Assembly: GCA_963783375.1 (NCBI GenBank)
Contig: CAWANH010000028.1
Location: 1,632,001 to 1,696,000 of the forward strand
Length of the DNA: 64,000 bases
Source: Candidatus Eiseniibacteriota bacterium
GTDB lineage: Bacteria > Eisenbacteria > RBG-16-71-46 > JABDJR01
Direction of reading: 5' to 3'
In this document: piece after piece, positions 59,105 to 64,000 of the stretch
How positions within the stretch are numbered: the first letter of the stretch is position 1
Layout: each line of letters starts with the position of its first letter
The notes under the pieces: model-generated
What the model was told of the DNA's origin: nothing
The model's database searches: none
The model's input: the letters and a program-made list of their open reading frames with translations, nothing else
Program-made: the position numbers and the translations under genes

Positions 59105-59265
59105 CCGGGTCGTCAGAATCCTGCGAGCGGAAGCCTCGAGGCCTCGGTGATCCCTGCGAGGTGACGGGCCGACGGCGCGGCCCGGACGGCGCCCCCCGCG
59201 AGCCGCGATGCCCCAAACCCCGCCCCCCCAAGCCCCAAGCCGTTCTGTTCCTGGCACCCGCAAAA

Positions 59266-59282
59266 CCGGCACGTTCGATGCT
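59266..59282 (+). promoter_or_regulatory. Sigma54 -24/-12 promoter
   Basis: CCGGCACGTTCGATGCT (GG-N10-GC), about 70 nt upstream of the 59353 ATG and just after the bEBP gene. Confidence 0.7.
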
Positions 59283-59352
59283 CTATGACCGGGCAGGCCC
59301 CAACGAACAGGTGCGGTCCGAGGGTTCGGGCCGAACCGGAAGGAGATGGATC

Positions 59353-59877
59353 ATGGCACGGTGGACTTTGGTTTCTCTGATGGCGGTGGGGCTCGTGGCG
59401 CTGTTCGCTGCTTCCCCCGCGTTGGCCCAAGGGAACGGCTTCGGGCACGGGGTGGGCGGGTTCGTGGACGAGAACGGTGACGGTTTCAACGACCTTGCGC
59501 CTGACGCGGACGGCGACGGGATCCCCAACGGGCTCGATCCCGACTACCAGCCGCCCCAGGACGGCACCGGGGCGCAGTTCGGCCATCGCGCAAACGGGGC
59601 TTCGATGGCCACCGATGGGTACGCGGCGTGGTTCCGGTACCTGCTTGCGCCCCGGTGCGTTCTTGCCGGAGACCCCTTCGCCTTCGGCATGACGATGAAC
59701 GGGGCCGGACGCGGCCACGGCTGGGGGCCGGGTGACGGCACCGGTTTCGGCGGCGACGGGCCCCAGGACGGGACGGGGTTCGGCCCCGGCGGGACGACGG
59801 GGAACCACGGCGGCATGAACCTCGACGGCCCCGACAACGGAAGCGGAAACGGCAACGGACGACGCGGAGGACGGTAG
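59353..59877 (+). CDS. Secreted Gly-rich protein with DxDGDG Ca-binding-like motifs
   Basis: AAGGAG RBS, signal peptide (PALA), 'FVDENGDGFND..PDADGDGIPNGLDPD', 'QDGTG.G.G' repeats. Confidence 0.8.
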   Translation: MARWTLVSLMAVGLVALFAASPALAQGNGFGHGVGGFVDENGDGFNDLAPDADGDGIPNGLDPDYQPPQDGTGAQFGHRANGASMATDGYAAWFRYLLAPRCVLAGDPFAFGMTMNGAGRGHGWGPGDGTGFGGDGPQDGTGFGPGGTTGNHGGMNLDGPDNGSGNGNGRRGGR

Positions 59878-59968
59878 CGAGACGACCGTGGCGGGGCCGG
59901 TGGGTACCGGTCCCGCCCGGTTCTTTCCACGGACGTAAGTGGAGGCGGAAAGGATCGGAGGCGGCGAC

Positions 59969-61081
59969 ATGGGCGCGACGAGCGGGCGGTTCAGAGCGGC
60001 GGCGGTGGGAGCGATGCTCGCCACCGCGTTCTCCGTCGCTTCGGCGTTCGCCGGGACCTCGGTCCAGGGGGCGCTCACCGTGGGAGGCGGCTACCTGGCC
60101 CACCCGCTGGGTATCGCCGAGGACCGGGACGCGGGCTACCTCCATCAGTCGCTGCGGTTGATCCTCCTCCGGCAGGGGAGTTCCGATGCGTGGCGCTTCC
60201 TCTACGAAGGAACGGGATACGAATTCGAGGTAGGGGTGCCCCTGGGGCAGATGCGTCACGCGGCGGGCGTCGAGTGGTTCGGAGCGTCGGGAGCCGGTTC
60301 CTGGGGACTCCGCGCCGGCGCCCAGGCCGCTACCCGCGCGCACGCCGACGCCTACGGAAGCTACGACTTCACCGAGGGCGCCTCCTACCTCTCCTTCAAG
60401 CACTACCTGGCCGAAGGATTCCTGTGGCGGGGGGCCGCGCACCTCCGGTATCGCGGTTATCGCGAGCTGCCCGAGGAACGCTACCTGGAGGCCCGCCTCG
60501 AGACCCGCCTCCAGCGTTTCCTGGTCAATCGCACCACCCTGGAGGTCCGGCTGGAAGCGGGGAGGAAGGCCTTCACCGATCCCGCCGCCTCGCGTCTCTG
60601 GGAGACCGCGGGAACCCCCACCACCTCCCAGCTTCGCTTCGGCGGACGCGTCGCCCGGGGGCTGGGGGATCGGACCTCGATCTGGGCGGACGGCGAGGCG
60701 CGGCTCTCGCTGACCGGGTTTCCCCACGTGGTCCGGGAGGATCTCTACGACAGCCCCCTGCTCGACGCCTACGCGAGCGACGGGGCGCGATTCGAGCTGG
60801 CCGCGCGCCGGCTTCTGCCCCACCAGGTTTGGCTCGAGGGAGGGGGCGCCTACGGCTTCTGGGACTACGGCGAACTCGAATTCTCCTCGATTGAAGGGGG
60901 AGCGGTCCGTAGCGATCGGGTTGCCCAGGCGTACCTCTCCCTCGACCGTCAGTTCAACACCGGGGGATCCCGAAGGGTGAAGGCCACGCTATGGATGGGC
61001 TGGACGGACCAGCGCTCCGAGCTTCCGATCTACGACATCGCCGGCCCGAGCTTCTCCACCTCCCTGGCGGCGAGCTTTTGA
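59969..61081 (+). CDS. Putative outer-membrane beta-barrel protein
   Basis: GGAGG RBS, signal peptide (AFA), amphipathic strands, C-terminal Phe ('STSLAASF'). Confidence 0.7.
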   Translation: MGATSGRFRAAAVGAMLATAFSVASAFAGTSVQGALTVGGGYLAHPLGIAEDRDAGYLHQSLRLILLRQGSSDAWRFLYEGTGYEFEVGVPLGQMRHAAGVEWFGASGAGSWGLRAGAQAATRAHADAYGSYDFTEGASYLSFKHYLAEGFLWRGAAHLRYRGYRELPEERYLEARLETRLQRFLVNRTTLEVRLEAGRKAFTDPAASRLWETAGTPTTSQLRFGGRVARGLGDRTSIWADGEARLSLTGFPHVVREDLYDSPLLDAYASDGARFELAARRLLPHQVWLEGGGAYGFWDYGELEFSSIEGGAVRSDRVAQAYLSLDRQFNTGGSRRVKATLWMGWTDQRSELPIYDIAGPSFSTSLAASF

Positions 61082-61150
61082 CCGTGTTCCTCGCGTGAGG
61101 CGACCGGGCTCCAGGTCCGGCCGGGGATCGGGTATGCTCTCCCACCAACC

Positions 61151-62332
61151 ATGCGCGTCACCTTCCTGTACGACCATCCCGTCCCCGACGGCGCCGCCGC
61201 TCTCATCCAGATCCTGAACACCGGGCGGGCCCTGGCCGAAGCGGGAACCCACGTCTCCGTTCTCACCGGGCCCTGGCGCGCACCGGACGAGGCCTCGGCC
61301 CTCGCCTTCTACGGCCTGGAGCCCCACCCGCGGCTCACCGTCCGCCCGTTCTTCGACGGACGCCCCTACGGTCGCGACCTGGACCGCCGGCTGGCGCCGA
61401 TCCTCGACCGGGGAAGCCCGGAGGAGCGGCACATGCTGATCCTTCGCGGCGAGCAGGGCCTGCTCCTCTACGCGCGCCTCCCCCGGCGGCGGTCCGATAG
61501 CCTCCGTGTGGTCTTCGAGGCTCACCGCCTCTGCGCCCCCCAGGTGACGGAGTGGGCGGCGCCCCGGGTGAAGCGGTTCCGCCTTCCCCGGGTGGGTTGG
61601 GAGCGGGCCCGGGTGCGCGGGCGGGAAACGCGGATGGTGAGGGAGGCGGACGGGTTGGTGTGCGTGACCGAAGGCGTCCTGGCCGCCTATCGCGAGATGG
61701 CCGGGACCGTCGCGCCCGCCCTGGTGCTCCCGGGGGGCGCGCGAATCCCCGACCAGGAGATCCCCGGGGACGACGCTCGCGACCTGGACGTCCTCTACGT
61801 GGGAAAGCTCGTCCGTCGAAAGGGGGTGGACGATCTCGTTCGCGCCATGGGCCGTCTCCCCGGCCGCGTCCTGACCCTGGTGGGTGGGGACGGGGACGAG
61901 GAACCCGGGCTTCGTCGTCTGGCCGCGACCGAAGGGGTGGAAGACCGCGTGCGGTTCACCGGTCCGGTTTCCCCGGCCGAGATCCCCGCGTTTCTGGGCC
62001 GGGCCCGGGTCGGGGTCTGCCCCCTCCCCACCGGGGTGAGCGTCATCTCCGATCGCTTCACCTGCCCTCTCAAGGTCCTGGAGATGATGGCCCACGGGGT
62101 TCCCCAGGTCGGCACCGACGTGCCGCCGCTCCGGGCGATCCTCCGGGACGGCCGCACCGCGCTCCTCGCCCGCCCCAACGACCCGGCGGACCTTGCCGCG
62201 GGGATCGGATCGCTCTTGGCGGATCGTCCGCGGGCCCACGCCCTAGCCGCGGCGGCCCGGCTCGAGGCCCCCCGCTACGCCTGGAGCGAGCGGGCCGCGC
62301 GCTACCGGGACTTCCTCGAAACCCTCCCCTGA
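61151..62332 (+). CDS. Glycosyltransferase family 4
   Basis: 'YVGKLVRRKGVDDL', 'CPLKVLEMMAHGVP.V.TD', 'YAWSERA'. Confidence 0.9.
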   Translation: MRVTFLYDHPVPDGAAALIQILNTGRALAEAGTHVSVLTGPWRAPDEASALAFYGLEPHPRLTVRPFFDGRPYGRDLDRRLAPILDRGSPEERHMLILRGEQGLLLYARLPRRRSDSLRVVFEAHRLCAPQVTEWAAPRVKRFRLPRVGWERARVRGRETRMVREADGLVCVTEGVLAAYREMAGTVAPALVLPGGARIPDQEIPGDDARDLDVLYVGKLVRRKGVDDLVRAMGRLPGRVLTLVGGDGDEEPGLRRLAATEGVEDRVRFTGPVSPAEIPAFLGRARVGVCPLPTGVSVISDRFTCPLKVLEMMAHGVPQVGTDVPPLRAILRDGRTALLARPNDPADLAAGIGSLLADRPRAHALAAAARLEAPRYAWSERAARYRDFLETLP

Positions 62333-62503
62333 ACCCGGCCGAACGCCGGCCGATCAAATGCGACCGGTTCTGTCGTTAATGTTTTCTCCATGTCCGGATT
62401 CTGACGTTGTCAGCGCGGTCCCGACGACCTAGCTTGAGGCTCCGGACCACACTGCGGCGTCGGGGTCTCGGTCCCGCGCGCACCACCGCCACGGGAGGGT
62501 TTC

Positions 62504-63128
62504 ATGTCCCGAGACCAGCGCCGGCCCGAGCATCCCCACGGTCTGTCCCGAAGGAAATTTCTCGCCACCATGGGAGCGGGCGCCGCCGCCGCCGCGGTGA
62601 CCGGGGGGATCGCCCCCGCGGTCTACCAGGACGGCGAGGTCATGAGCCCCGAGGAGCTGGTGAAGGTGCCCCTGGTGGTGAACGGGCGCACCCACCGGCT
62701 CCTGGTCGAGCCGCGATGGACGCTCCTCTACGTGCTTCGCGAGCGGCTGGGGCTCACCGGCACCAAGGTGGGTTGCGAGCGCGGGGAGTGCGGGGCGTGC
62801 ACGGTGCTTGATCGACGACGAGCCGCGCTACGCCTGCTCCACCCTGGCCCTGGAGGCCGAGGGGACCCGGATCACCACCGTGGAGGGACTCCTCCGCGGG
62901 GAGGACCTGGGGGAGACCCAGCGCGCCTTCGTGGAGAAGGACGGGTTCCAGTGCGGCTACTGCACCTCGGGGCAGATCATGGCCGCGGAGGGGCTGCTCC
63001 GGGCCCGGCCGGACCCCTCGGTCGACGAGATCCGGCGCGGCATGAGCGGGAACCTCTGCCGCTGCGGCGCCTATCCCCACATCACCGAGGCGGTGAAGCG
63101 CGCGTCCGAGCTCAAGCGAGGGAGGTGA
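62504..63128 (+). CDS. (2Fe-2S) subunit of xanthine/aldehyde dehydrogenase with Tat signal (PaoA/YagT-like); frameshift near 62808
   Basis: SRRKFL Tat motif, 'GTKVGCERGECGACTV', then 'FQCGYCTSGQ', 'GNLCRCGAY'. Confidence 0.88.
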
Positions 63129-63132
63129 AGCG

Positions 63133-64000
63133 GTGACCGACGAGAACGGACAGGAATACTACCGCGAGGGGATCCCCATCCCCGAGACCCCGGACCCGGG
63201 CGAGGACCCCGCGCCCTGGAAAAGACGGCGGTGGTGGGAAAGCCGCTTCCGCGCGTGGACGGCTACGAGCGGGTGAGCGGCACCGCGGTCTATCCCTCCG
63301 ACCTGGTGCTCCCCGACATGCTCTACGCGGCGGTGGTGCGCTCGCCGCATCCAACGCCCGGGTGAAGCGCGTGGACACCGCCGCGGCCCGGAAGATGCCC
63401 GGCGTGCGTGCGGTGATCGACGCTCGACCCCCGGCGCCGGCCTCGAATGGCGCTACCGGGGCTCGGTCACGAGCCGCCTCTTCGACCCGGCCTGCCGCTT
63501 CGAGGGGGACGCGGTGGCCGCGGTGGCCGCGGATACCCCCTACCAGGCGCGGGACGCGGCCAAGGCGGTGGTGGTGGAGTACGAAGTGCTTCCCTTCGTC
63601 TCCGACGAGCGGGACGCTCTGAAGCGCGGCGCCCACGCGGTCCATGAAGGCGGAAACGCGGTCTCCGACGAGCAGGTGTACGAGCGGGGCGAGGTGGAGC
63701 AGGGCTTCGCCGGGGCCGACGCCGTGCTGGAGGCAACCTACCGCACCGCGTGCGAGATCCACACCCCGATGGAGCTTCACGGCTGCGTGGCGCGCTGGGA
63801 CGGGGACGCGCTCACGATCTGGGAGTCGACCCAGGGGGTCTACGCGGTCCAGTCCCAGGTGGCCGGAATCCTGAAGCTCCCCCTGGCCAAGGTGCGGGTG
63901 ATCGGGCACTACATGGGGGGCGGGTTCGGGAGCAAGCTCCAGGCCGGAAAGTACACGATCATCGCCGCGCTCCTGGCGCGCATGACCGCCCGGCCGGTGA
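63133..64000 (+). CDS. Molybdopterin-binding subunit of xanthine/aldehyde dehydrogenase (3' partial, several frameshifts)
   Basis: Fragments across frames: 'VGKPLPRVDGYERVSG', 'MLYAAVVRSPH', 'GDAVAAVAA', 'HTPMELHG', 'WESTQG', 'MGGGFGSK'. Confidence 0.85.

Overview
High-GC bacterial DNA from a diderm (TonB receptor, outer-membrane barrels, many lipoproteins, one FlgD/T9SS-like C-terminal domain). An FCB-group-like lineage is an inference. About a dozen genes are broken by apparent single-base indels, probably long-read errors. Gene order: surface-glycan operon (CapD-like dehydratase, two GNAT/FemAB proteins, GT-C, deacetylase-like, Wzx, GT4, GT2); nth; DAG-kinase-like gene; ftcd; two hybrid histidine kinases flanking a cobalamin riboswitch-btuB-propeller unit; a lower-GC island at about 29.4-32.95 kb; large surface lipoproteins; two integrase-less integron-type cassettes with attC sites; a Mo-oxidoreductase; a PerR-rubrerythrin-Fe/S-DUF3501 operon; Ig-repeat lipoproteins; a sigma54 two-component module with a -24/-12 promoter; and the start of a xanthine/aldehyde dehydrogenase operon. 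Best candidate for a new system: a TPR-domain sigma54 activator directly downstream of two small secreted peptides that together carry three copies of S-[KQ]-P-[DE]-x-W. This suggests RRNPP-like peptide signalling wired to sigma54. All calls come from reading the sequence by eye; no database searches were run.
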